A stretch of DNA of 64,000 nt, taken from assembly GCA_964016885.1 (NCBI GenBank), contig OZ024741.1, positions 53,630,001 through 53,694,000 on the forward strand, in the 5' to 3' direction. The DNA comes from Eledone cirrhosa. Taxonomy: Eukaryota. The notes under the pieces are model-generated. The model worked only from the letters and a program-made list of their open reading frames with translations, was not told the origin of the DNA and searched no databases. A program made the translations under genes and the position numbers. Positions 42,001-55,304 of this stretch are shown here, in pieces; position 1 is the first letter of the stretch; the number at the start of each line of letters is the position of its first letter.

Positions 42001-42388
42001 CGTCGCGCACGCATTCATACACTGCCTGGGCGTCACTGACCTGTGGGGCTATGTAGAACGACTATTGTCGCGGGTGGGACCAATCCAGTTGACCACCGAG
42101 TCAATTGTCATGATCAAACCGCCACCCTCCTTCAAAAACGAAGGAGAAGCGGTTTTCCTTTGTGTGATAGCTATGGCGAAAGAGGTTGTATGGTGGACAA
42201 GGTTGAAAGGGCTGAGGTCAGACACCTTTCTCTGCGGCCAACAACTGATTCTTTTTTTCAAATACCACTTTGGAAGAAGAATCAGGATGGGGAGAGAGGT
42301 GCTGTACCCCAGCAAGTTTTATGAAAGATGGGTGAAAGTGGCGAGAATGGCCCGAGTGAATGGGCCTTCTCTCTATATCAGCCTGTAG
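39038..42388 (+). pseudogene. LINE ORF2 (APE endonuclease-RT-CCHC), broken into three frames
   Basis: NVRGL, GDWN, SDH; KSPGLDG, RPITLLN, LDQSKAFDRVDH, RQGCPLS, AYADD; CPRC..HAFIHC. Stop at 39931, ~70-bp deletion near 40057, frameshift near 40905. Confidence 0.92.
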
Positions 42389-42644
42389 GTTGAGGAAAAG
42401 GAGGAGGAGAGGAAAGGAGTACAAGCTCTTCGTACTCCTGGAGATGAGGGTTGCACATTTTTTTTCGGGGGTATGTGTTACCCATATAAACTGTCTCCCT
42501 CTATTGGGGAAAATCGACTAACTTTTAAATTCCATCTGTGATAACATTTTACACGTTTTTATTGTATGTAAACTTCCTCCTTTGTATTTGTCCCCTTCTT
42601 TTGTGCCCCTGTGGCTAATAAAGAAATATATCTATCTATCTATA

Positions 42645-42757
42645 TTTGTTTTATATTAAGTTATTTGCTTTCTTTACTCGCCTTTTTGTGTAAACTCCCC
42701 CTCCCCCCCTTGTATTTGTCCCCTTATTTTGCGGCCTCGTGGCAATAAATAGAAATA
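42645..42757 (+). mobile_element. Extremely 5'-truncated third Tx1 3' end
   Basis: TGTAAACT..TTGTATTTGTCCCCTT..TTTG..GTGGCAATAAA recapitulates the 3' ends at 36770-36825 and 42567-42625. Confidence 0.75.
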
Positions 42758-43073
42758 TATATATCTAACTATCAATTGAAACAAAATGAAAACGAAATTT
42801 CATTTCTCACTCTTAGTATGGCACTTACTTAAATGTAAGTATGCATGTATACGTACATACATATATGTATACAGACGTACAGTAGCATGCACATATATAT
42901 ATATATATACATATATATATACATATGCATACAGGTACACATACATATATGCACGTATCAGTTTAGCGGCGCTAACGTCGCTTTGTTCGTTTGTAAACAA
43001 ACTGAACAGCCTGAATTTATGCCATACGGTGTTAAGGCAACCACGTCACCTTTTGGTTCAACACTGACACAGG

Positions 43074-43118
43074 AACGATGTACTAGTTTCAAGCTTGTTA
43101 GCTATCATCAGCACCGTT
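43074..43118 (-). ncRNA. Minimal type I hammerhead ribozyme (first of 7 minus-strand copies: 43074, 43540, 44006, 44472, 44938, 45404, 45870)
   Basis: AACGGTG CTGATGA T AGCT-AACA-AGCT T GAAA CTAG TA CATCGTT. Confidence 0.88.
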
Positions 43119-46100
43119 TACCCATCTGCCAGATAGTTGAACGTTCGAAAGTATATACTTTCCTTATGAAAATTAACGGCTGAGCAGCCTAATTTGCATA
43201 TTGAGTGAGTTAAATCGGTCAGGCATACCGAAAACGATAAATTGAAACAAAATGAAAACGAAATTTCATTTCTCACTCTTAGTATGGCACTTACTTAAAT
43301 GTAAGTATGCATGTATACGTACATACATATATGTATACAGACGTACAGTAGCATGCACATATATATATATATATACATATATATATACATATGCATACAG
43401 GTACACATACATATATGCACGTATCAGTTTAGCGGCGCTAACGTCGCTTTGTTCGTTTGTAAACAAACTGAACAGCCTGAATTTATGCCATACGGTGTTA
43501 AGGCAACCACGTCACCTTTTGGTTCAACACTGACACAGGAACGATGTACTAGTTTCAAGCTTGTTAGCTATCATCAGCACCGTTTACCCATCTGCCAGAT
43601 AGTTGAACGTTCGAAAGTATATACTTTCCTTATGAAAATTAACGGCTGAGCAGCCTAATTTGCATATTGAGTGAGTTAAATCGGTCAGGCATACCGAAAA
43701 CGATAAATTGAAACAAAATGAAAACGAAATTTCATTTCTCACTCTTAGTATGGCACTTACTTAAATGTAAGTATGCATGTATACGTACATACATATATGT
43801 ATACAGACGTACAGTAGCATGCACATATATATATATATATACATATATATATACATATGCATACAGGTACACATACATATATGCACGTATCAGTTTAGCG
43901 GCGCTAACGTCGCTTTGTTCGTTTGTAAACAAACTGAACAGCCTGAATTTATGCCATACGGTGTTAAGGCAACCACGTCACCTTTTGGTTCAACACTGAC
44001 ACAGGAACGATGTACTAGTTTCAAGCTTGTTAGCTATCATCAGCACCGTTTACCCATCTGCCAGATAGTTGAACGTTCGAAAGTATATACTTTCCTTATG
44101 AAAATTAACGGCTGAGCAGCCTAATTTGCATATTGAGTGAGTTAAATCGGTCAGGCATACCGAAAACGATAAATTGAAACAAAATGAAAACGAAATTTCA
44201 TTTCTCACTCTTAGTATGGCACTTACTTAAATGTAAGTATGCATGTATACGTACATACATATATGTATACAGACGTAGAGTAGCATGCACATATATATAT
44301 ATATATACATATATATATACATATGCATACAGGTACACATACATATATGCACGTATCAGTTTAGCGGCGCTAACGTCGCTTTGTTCGTTTGTAAACAAAC
44401 TGAACAGCCTGAATTTATGCCATACGGTGTTAAGGCAACCACGTCACCTTTTGGTTCAACACTGACACAGGAACGATGTACTAGTTTCAAGCTTGTTAGC
44501 TATCATCAGCACCGTTTACCCATCTGCCAGATAGTTGAACGTTCGAAAGTATATACTTTCCTTATGAAAATTAACGGCTGAGCAGCCTAATTTGCATATT
44601 GAGTGAGTTAAATCGGTCAGGCATACCGAAAACGATAAATTGAAACAAAATGAAAACGAAATTTCATTTCTCACTCTTAGTATGGCACTTACTTAAATGT
44701 AAGTATGCATGTATACGTACATACATATATGTATACAGACGTACAGTAGCATGCACATATATATATATATATACATATATATATACATATGCATACAGGT
44801 ACACATACATATATGCACGTATCAGTTTAGCGGCGCTAACGTCGCTTTGTTCGTTTGTAAACAAACTGAACAGCCTGAATTTATGCCATACGGTGTTAAG
44901 GCAACCACGTCACCTTTTGGTTCAACACTGACACAGGAACGATGTACTAGTTTCAAGCTTGTTAGCTATCATCAGCACCGTTTACCCATCTGCCAGATAG
45001 TTGAACGTTCGAAAGTATATACTTTCCTTATGAAAATTAACGGCTGAGCAGCCTAATTTGCATATTGAGTGAGTTAAATCGGTCAGGCATACCGAAAACG
45101 ATAAATTGAAACAAAATGAAAACGAAATTTCATTTCTCACTCTTAGTATGGCACTTACTTAAATGTAAGTATGCATGTATACGTACATACATATATGTAT
45201 ACAGACGTACAGTAGCATGCACATATATATATATATATACATATATATATACATATGCATACAGGTACACATACATATATGCACGTATCAGTTTAGCGGC
45301 GCTAACGTCGCTTTGTTCGTTTGTAAACAAACTGAACAGCCTGAATTTATGCCATACGGTGTTAAGGCAACCACGTCACCTTTTGGTTCAACACTGACAC
45401 AGGAACGATGTACTAGTTTCAAGCTTGTTAGCTATCATCAGCACCGTTTACCCATCTGCCAGATAGTTGAACGTTCGAAAGTATATACTTTCCTTATGAA
45501 AATTAACGGCTGAGCAGCCTAATTTGCATATTGAGTGAGTTAAATCGGTCAGGCATACCGAAAACGATAAATTGAAACAAAATGAAAACGAAATTTCATT
45601 TCTCACTCTTAGTATGGCACTTACTTAAATGTAAGTATGCATGTATACGTACATACATATATGTATACAGACGTACAGTAGCATGCACATATATATATAT
45701 ATATACATATATATATACATATGCATACAGGTACACATACATATATGCACGTATCAGTTTAGCGGCGCTAACGTCGCTTTGTTCGTTTGTAAACAAACTG
45801 AACAGCCTGAATTTATGCCATACGGTGTTAAGGCAACCACGTCACCTTCTGGTTCAACACTGACACAGGAACGATGTACTAGTTTCAAGCTTGTTAGCTA
45901 TCATCAGCACCGTTTACCCATCTGCCAGATAGTTGAACGTTCGAAAGTATATACTTTCCTTATGAAAATTAACGGCTGAGCAGCCTAATTTGCATATTGA
46001 GTGAGTTAAATCGGTCAGGCATACCGAAAACGATAAATTGAAACAAAATGAAAACGAAATTTCATTTCTCACTCTTAGTATGGCACTTACTTAAATGTAA

Positions 46101-46383
46101 GTATGCATGTATACGTACATACATATATGTATACAGACGTACAGTAGCATGCACATATATATATATATATACATATATATATACATATGCATACAGGTAC
46201 ACATACATATATGCACGTATCAGTTTAGCGGCGCTAACGTCGCTTTGTTCGTTTGTAAACAAACTGAACAGCCTGAATTTATGCCATACGGTGTTAAGGC
46301 AACCACGTCACTCAATATGCAGCCGTTAATTTTCATAAGGAAAGTATATACTTTCGAACGTTCAACTATCTGGCAGATGGGTA

Positions 46384-46428
46384 AACGGTGCTGATGATAG
46401 CTAACAAGCTTGAAACTAGTACATCGTT
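46384..46428 (+). ncRNA. Minimal type I hammerhead ribozyme (inverted arm)
   Basis: 7-bp stem I, CUGAUGA, 4-bp stem II, GAAA, palindromic ACUAGU stem III. Predicted cleavage after GUA (46421). Confidence 0.88.
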
Positions 46429-46768
46429 CCTGTGTCAGTGTTGAACCAAAAGGTGACGTGGTTGCCTTAACACCGTATGGCATAAATTCAGGCTGTTCAG
46501 TTTGTTTACAAACGAACAAAGCGACGTTAGCGCCGCTAAACTGATACGTGCATATATGTATGTGTACCTGTATGCATATGTATATATATATGTATATATA
46601 TATATATATGTGCATGCTACTGTACGTCTGTATACATATATGTATGTACGTATACATGCATACTTACATTTAAGTAAGTGCCATACTAAGAGTGAGAAAT
46701 GAAATTTCGTTTTCATTTTGTTTCAATTTATCGTTTTCGGTATGCCTGACCGATTTAACTCACTCAAT

Positions 46769-46816
46769 ATGCAAATTAGGCTGCTCAGCCGTTAATTTTC
46801 ATAAGGAAAGTATATA
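46769..46816 (+). promoter_or_regulatory. Putative snRNA-type promoter module (octamer, PSE-like, TATA) present in each full 466-bp unit
   Basis: ATGCAAAT 46769-46776; TCAGCCGTTAATTTTCATAAGG 46785-46806; TATATA 46811-46816, just upstream of the HHR at 46850. Confidence 0.35.
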
Positions 46817-46849
46817 CTTTCGAACGTTCAACTATCTGGCAGATGGGTA

Positions 46850-46894
46850 AACGGTGCTGATGATAGCTAACAAGCTTGAAACTAGTACATCGTT
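46850..46894 (+). ncRNA. Minimal type I hammerhead ribozyme (inverted arm, second copy)
   Basis: Identical to 46384-46428. Confidence 0.88.
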
Positions 46895-47166
46895 CCTGTG
46901 TCAGTGTTGAACCAAAAGGTGACGTGGTTGCCTTAACACCGTATGGCATAAATTCAGGCTGTTCAGTTTGTTTACAAACGAACAAAGCGACGTTAGCGCC
47001 GCTAAACTGATACGTGCATATATGTATGTGTACCTGTATGCATATGTATATATATATGTATATATATATATATATGTGCATGCTACTGTACGTCTGTATA
47101 CATATATGTATGTACGTATACATGCATACTTACATTTATCTAACTATCTATTTATATATATCTATC

Positions 47167-47201
<35 letters not shown>

Positions 47202-47917
47202 ATATATATGTATATATATATATATAGAGAGAGAGAGAGGGAGAGAGAGAAAGAGAGAGAGAGAGAGAGTGTGTGAGAGAGAGGGGGAGAGAGAAAGAGT
47301 AGGTGGGGGGCATGTGAGTGTGAGTGTCTGCTTCATGTGTTGAATCTACAAACACGAGTACATGACCTTTAATATAGAATAGGCCAAAAGGAATTGTGAT
47401 CAAAGTAAGAAATTATACATTTAAAAAATGGAGAGAGAAGCGGGAGATTTGAAGAGGCAGGTGGGGAGGGGGATGCAAGGATGGGAGATAAAGTTGAGGG
47501 GTGAGATTAAGTGGGTGGTTAAAAAGGTGATGGAGATAAGGCCAGATGGTAAGTTGAAGGGGTTGAAAAGAAGAAGAGTTGTAGAAATGAATATGAGGAA
47601 TGGGAGAGAGATAGTGGTAATTACGGCTTTAGTTAGACACACCTATACAACAAAATAATATAAAGATAAATAAATGTAAATAGAAGAATATAGTGCAAAA
47701 GTGAAGTGAGGAGATGAGAGAGGAAAACCGATACATAAATATAGAAAGATACGTCGTTATGTCGAGATATATACAATCATACATCCATACATACATATAC
47801 ATATATGTGTGTGTATGTGTATGTGTGTGCGCGTGTATATGTGTGTGTGTGTGTCTTTGCGCGAGTGTGCAAAAGTTTTACATTTAAAATTTAGGCATTG
47901 CACCAAAGTAACTTATC

Positions 47918-47955
<38 letters not shown>

Positions 47956-47956
47956 A

Positions 47957-48063
<107 letters not shown>

Positions 48064-48074
48064 CATATATATAT

Positions 48075-48305
<231 letters not shown>

Positions 48306-48566
48306 TATAAATATACATACATCTATATATATATGTGCATCTGTGTAGATGTGGACGGAAGTGTATGTTGGTGTATAATGTGTGAAGATGGAAATACTGG
48401 GAATTGGGAGTGTAAAATAAAAAGTACGGTTCAATCATTTTGAACGGTAAGATATATTTGAAAAAACAAATGGAAGAATAAAACCTTCCTCCCATAAGAC
48501 TTGACATTAATCTGTTTACGGAAGGGAAATATCAAGAAAGTGAAGCAAGTATATGTCTAAATGTAA

Positions 48567-48645
<79 letters not shown>

Positions 48646-48655
48646 GTATATTTAC

Positions 48656-48690
<35 letters not shown>

Positions 48691-48795
48691 CTGTAAATAT
48701 ATATATATATATATATATGTGTATATATATGTATATATACATATATACAGTATATGTATGTATATATATATACATACACACATACATACATACAT

Positions 48796-48826
<31 letters not shown>

Positions 48827-49188
48827 AATACCCATTTTCGTCCGCTCTTGGTGCTTATATTTATTTCCTGACATTAGAATATTTTTGAAATCAAACATAA
48901 GATGAACACTACAAATTGAATACAGATTTCAAAATCCACCACCGTCTTCTGAACACGCCATTGTATACACACAGACACACACACACACACGCACACACAC
49001 ACACGCATACACACACGCACACACACACACACACACGCAGATATTTATATATTGCCTACTCTTGAAATATATCATAATGATAATGATCTGGTGGTTTTCT
49101 GTTATTTCTTAGTTCATTCCACAGTTTTATCTTTGTTGTTGTACTCCTTGTTGGTGCTATCATCTTTATTATTGTCGTCCTAGTGTTA

Positions 49189-49395
49189 GGGCGGTGTACT
49201 GGTAGACTCGGTAGCGCGTCGGACACCGTGCTTCGCAGCATAGAGTTATGGCCCTCATGTTCTGAGTTCAAATCCCGCTGGGGTTAGCTCTGCTTTTCAT
49301 CCTTGCGGGGCCGATAAAATAAAGTACCAGTAATGCACTGAGGTTGATTTATTCGACCTCCACCCCCAAAATATATGTCTGGCCTATAGTAGAAA
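49189..49395 (+). mobile_element. tRNA-derived SINE (first of tandem pair)
   Basis: TGGTAGACTCGGTAG, GTTCAAATCC, central domain. Confidence 0.85.
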
Positions 49396-49401
49396 TCATT
49401 T

Positions 49402-49617
49402 GAGGGCGGAGGATTAGCTGTACCGGTAGAGGGTCGGACGCCATGCTTTGTAGCCTAGAGTTATAGCCCTTTATGATCTGAGTTCAAATCCCGCCGAGGT
49501 TAACTTTACCCTTCATCCTTACTGGGTCGATAAAATAAAGTATCAGTCACCCACTGGGCTCGGTTTCATCGACTTCCCTCTTCCCCAAAATTGCTGGCCT
49601 TGTGCCTATATGAGAAA
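49402..49617 (+). mobile_element. tRNA-derived SINE (second of tandem pair)
   Basis: TAGCTGTACCGGTAGAG, GTTCAAATCC, central domain. Confidence 0.85.
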
Positions 49618-49729
49618 CTATTATTGTCCTTGTGGCTTTTCATTGGTCAGTTCGTCTGTTCATTTCTTGTTTTTTGGCAATGTAACTTCTATAAATTACT
49701 ATCTTCATGTCTGTATCTCCTATCTGTTG

Positions 49730-50045
49730 TTGTTGTTGATGTTTTTGCTTATTTTCCTGTAGAGGTTATTGTTGTTGTTGCTGCTGCTGTAACTATTTGT
49801 TTGTTTTTTGTTGTTGTTGCCATTATTGTTGCTGATGTCAGCGATGCTATTGCTGTTGATGATGTTGATATTTTGTTGTTGTTACTGCTGTTGTTGTTGC
49901 TGGTGTTGTTGTCTTTGTTTTTTGCTGTTGTTGTTGTTGCTGCTGCCATTGTTGTTGTTGCTGCTGATTTTGTTGTTGCTGCTACGGTTGTTGTTGATGC
50001 TGCTGCTGCTGCTGATTTTTGGTTGTTGCTGTTGTTGGTGTTGGT

Positions 50046-50080
<35 letters not shown>

Positions 50081-50205
50081 TTTTTTTTGTTGCTACTGTT
50101 GTTGCTACTACTGTTGTTATTGCTGCTGCTGTTTTTTTGTTTTTTTTACTGTTGTTGTTATTGCTGCTATTGTTGCTATTGCTGCCTTTCTTGTTCTTTT
50201 TGTCG
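49730..50205. repeat. (GTT/GCT)n low-complexity tract, possibly a LINE ORF1 N-terminal relic on the minus strand
   Basis: Composition resembles 8900-9200 and 37200-37450. No diagnostic motif. Confidence 0.5.
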
Positions 50206-51395
50206 ACATAGTTGGTAGAAGGAAGTTCTGTTTGGTGTCGTTGAAATTCTTTTTCTGTGTTTAATTCAAGAGATCTTTGTTTCTTTGTCCACGTCGCTCC
50301 TCTCAATTCTCTATTATGTCATCAGGTATATAGTTTTTTTTCTGTTCAGTTTTTGCAATTTAAACGTGCTTCAACAAATATAATTCTTTGTTGTTTATAA
50401 AATGATCTTATTTCATTTCATCTGTTGAGTAAACACATCTGTCGCGAAATTAAGTATTATTTGTTTTTTTAGTTGTATGTCAAGATTTCAATATGAATTC
50501 ATGAATTCATATATTTTTTTTAATCACTAGTTTTTTGGGTTAGATTGTATAATAGAGTTGCTTGGACGAATATTTGTGAAATATATTCGGGATATTCTGT
50601 GGCTTATATTTTGAATTAAATACTCCATATCGAACACAATTTACATCAAACCAAAAAATGATGTAACTAACAAATTAATGTAAGAGAGATGAAAGACAAA
50701 ATTAACCTTAGCAAAACTTGAAACTATAACGCAGAGTATGGGAACGAATGTTGTAAAGAATTCTATCTGACACGCTAACGATTCTGCCAATCTACCACTT
50801 TAATGGAAACGATATAATGACATTTTAGAAATATCGGATTAAAAATATAACGAATTAACAAATTTTAGGCAAGCCATATATAATGTATGGCATTGATATT
50901 ATATATAGGAATTTATGAGCAATTTAGAGAAGGTGGATATGAAATGGTATAGCTGTTTCGTGAAAAAGGATATAAATGTCGCCCAGTCGAGACAAAACAG
51001 CGGATAAATTGGCCATTGAAAAGCGACAATACAACAATAATTTGTAAAACAGCAACCATTACGAGTTAACCAATGAAAACGAGGCGGCTGCCAGAATAAA
51101 TCTGATGTAATGACGAAATGTACCCACATCGATAAAATAGCCAAAGAAATAGAAGTCAGAAAAGTGATAACATGGTGATAATGAAAATAAAAAAACCCCA
51201 AAAAATCACTACCATAATCAAATAACATTTAGAAAGTAGCCAATAAAACGATGGCTACAGACAGTAGAGCACGAATGCTATTATATAATATGAGCTTTAA
51301 ATACCAATAAACCACTCGGCTGAATATTGAGAGTGGCATGATACCAAGGCTAAGAGAAAAATAAAGGATAACCATGCCATATTTCAATGAACAAC

Positions 51396-51431
<36 letters not shown>

Positions 51432-51558
51432 TGTATATATATCTATATATTTATATATACATATATATATATGTATGTATATATATATATATATATATAC
51501 ATATATAAATATATAAATATATATATTTATACATATATATATACATATATATATATAT

Positions 51559-51595
<37 letters not shown>

Positions 51596-51606
51596 TATAC
51601 ATATGC

Positions 51607-51689
<83 letters not shown>

Positions 51690-51967
51690 TATATGTGTAT
51701 ATATATATAAATATATAAATAAATATATATATACATACATATATATATATATGTATATATATATATGTGTCTAAATTCTGCCTTCCATAGGTTATAGATT
51801 CCATATACTGGTGGTTTTTCCCTGTTTTATTGATGGCCCACTGTATCTCTCTCTAGTGTGTTACCTTTTCAAGATATTGTATTCTAAAGTGCCCGGGATT
51901 TCCCTCTCCTTTGAGCACATTATTTACAGGGAACGGCGAGAGACTATGGGTCGGTTAATATATCGTG

Positions 51968-52022
<55 letters not shown>

Positions 52023-52089
52023 AGGGCGGGCAACATTCCCGAGATCCATTGACAAGTTCTCCCCAGCGGTCTCTGTCCCTCATTTTATG

Positions 52090-52260
52090 TATAGGAAAAT
52101 TTATGACCCCGACGGCAGAGTCGACGGCTATTTCTGGACAGTCCAGAAAAAGCCGTGGAAATGACCTGAGCTCTGCCGTCGGGGTCATACATTTTCCTAT
52201 TACACACTCTACTACCCTAAGTATTGAGTACTCTGGTTCCTTACCACAACTCCTTCGTTA
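52090..52260. repeat. Family B hairpin element
   Basis: TATGACCCCGACGGCAGAG...CTCTGCCGTCGGGGTCATA plus tail. Confidence 0.8.
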
Positions 52261-52281
52261 TATATATATTTATATATATAT

Positions 52282-53056
<775 letters not shown>

Positions 53057-53513
53057 GAATTTCGATCATGCGATATGTGATCATAGAAATCAACAGAAAG
53101 TTCGTGTTAAAATCAAGTTGTGTATATTTTATTCATTATTTCACTAAGCACAGATACACTCACACTCGCATGTCTGCATTTATATTTATGATGATATGAA
53201 CACACTCACACATATACACTATCGCACGTGAGTAAATCCAGTCATATAAACATATCCTATAGATACATACATGCATATATATGTTCACAAAAAGGTACGC
53301 AGACAAACAGACAGACACCCAGATTGAGAGACACACACACATGCACACACACATACACATACACATAACCCTGCACACATATATGTGTGTGTTTGTTTTG
53401 GTGGGGGTATCTTTGTGATAAATAAATGTAAAATTATAGACATGCATACAATCACCAAATGGAAGCATATATTAGATACATACACACACAAACACAGACA
53501 CTCACACATACAA

Positions 53514-53544
<31 letters not shown>

Positions 53545-53587
53545 AATATATAAATATATGTATGTGTATATATGTATATATATGTAT

Positions 53588-53699
<112 letters not shown>

Positions 53700-53702
53700 G
53701 TA

Positions 53703-53755
<53 letters not shown>

Positions 53756-54273
53756 GGAAAAAATAAAATTTCATTTCTCACTCTTAGTACATATATATAT
53801 ATATGTATGTATGTAAGTATGTATATATATATATATATATATGTACATGGTGTGGAAACATTACATGGTATCTCAAAACTGGAGGAAAAATAAAAGTATG
53901 TAATGAAACACTCTAGAGAAATTAATATTTGTAAAATAAAAAAATAATGACATATTGAAAACATAATTAAAGTTATAACAAAATACACATACCGCTGTGT
54001 TGTTTACAAATTGCATATATTTCTTGAAAAAAAAAACAGGTGTGATAATCTCTGGGAATATTTCCAAATATCCCACCTATATCTCACATCACGTGAAATA
54101 TGCTATTTGGGCTTCGTTCCCACCTCGTTCCCGCCCCGACGCCATTTTCTATATATTTTGAAAATTTTTTATCGTGAATTTATTGCAATTTGGTTCTTTA
54201 TTTTTCTTTCCGACATATTGCTTTACCTGTCGCCGTTGTTAAATTTGTTTATTCTTTCACACACATACATATG

Positions 54274-54351
<78 letters not shown>

Positions 54352-55213
54352 CACACACACTCACACACACACACACACACCGACACACACTCACACACAC
54401 ATATATATATGTGTGTGTGTGAGTGTGTGTCTGTGTGTTTCTTTGTGGTGTGCTTGTATGCAGTGGGTTGTGTAGTTGGGTTACGTAAGTGAGGAATGTG
54501 GTAGAAGGTAGACGTGAAGTACATAGAGGCAGCTATAGGGAACTGAAAGAAAGAGATTAGAACTAATAAAAGAGATAATTTAATTTTTGTTGCTTTTTAT
54601 TGTTCGCTAGTTGTGTAGATAGCGATTTATGTAAGAGTCGGGATTAGAATTAAAAATAGAATTAAAACTAGGATTAGTATGATTACTGTGAGCTGTTACG
54701 CAGCTACTGACTGCGAGCCTTGTTGCTAGGGTAGTATGGGTTAATTTATAGTGAACGCATTCGGAGAGTTGTGTTACGCCACTCTTGCAGGGCTTGGAAA
54801 AACCAAACTTCCGAAGACCGCTGACTAGAAGAGACCATAAACACCGCGCAGGTGTATAGTAAACAGCGAGAAGGACGACTATAGGTTTGAAGATGAGTGG
54901 TTGAGTAAAGAATCTAAGTCAATATAATGTGAATTGCAATAAAAGGATGCATAACCTTCTTTACAGAAAGAATTACTACTACATTGACACCTTCCTTTAA
55001 GGCTTAGTATTGCATAAACCTAGAATTGATATAATGGGGGTTATAATTCAGCTACTAAGACTTATATTATTCCGCGGGTTTCTATTCAAGAAATGTTTAA
55101 TTTCAACAACAAATGTTTGCGTTCACGTTTATAGGTACTGAGAATTTTTGATTTCCGTTTTATATATATATAATTCAGCCGATTTCTTCCAGTGCAGTAG
55201 AGAAAGCCAGAGA

Positions 55214-55304
<91 letters not shown>

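Larger units (their letters stand above)
36870..42630 (+). mobile_element. Apparently full-length Tx1/L1-type LINE in (TATC)n
   Basis: 5' UTR, intact ORF1, disrupted ORF2, 3' UTR with AATAAA, TATC repeats on both sides. Confidence 0.93.
42774..47138. mobile_element. 466-bp hammerhead-containing tandem array (non-LTR retrozyme-like): ~7.6 units + ~1.8 inverted units, 12-bp TSD
   Basis: Exact 466-bp period. Inversion at 46308-46311. TATCTAACTATC at 42762-42773 and 47137-47148. Confidence 0.93.

Noticed and set aside
42774-46311. CRISPR-like or snRNA/5S gene array
   Set aside because: No variable spacers and no recognisable snRNA, 5S or tRNA body; the HHR explains the unit better.
42786-47123. 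Repeated 93/112/66-aa ORFs in the array as a tandem gene cluster
   Set aside because: They run through AT/AC low-complexity DNA, have no domain, and recur only because the unit repeats.
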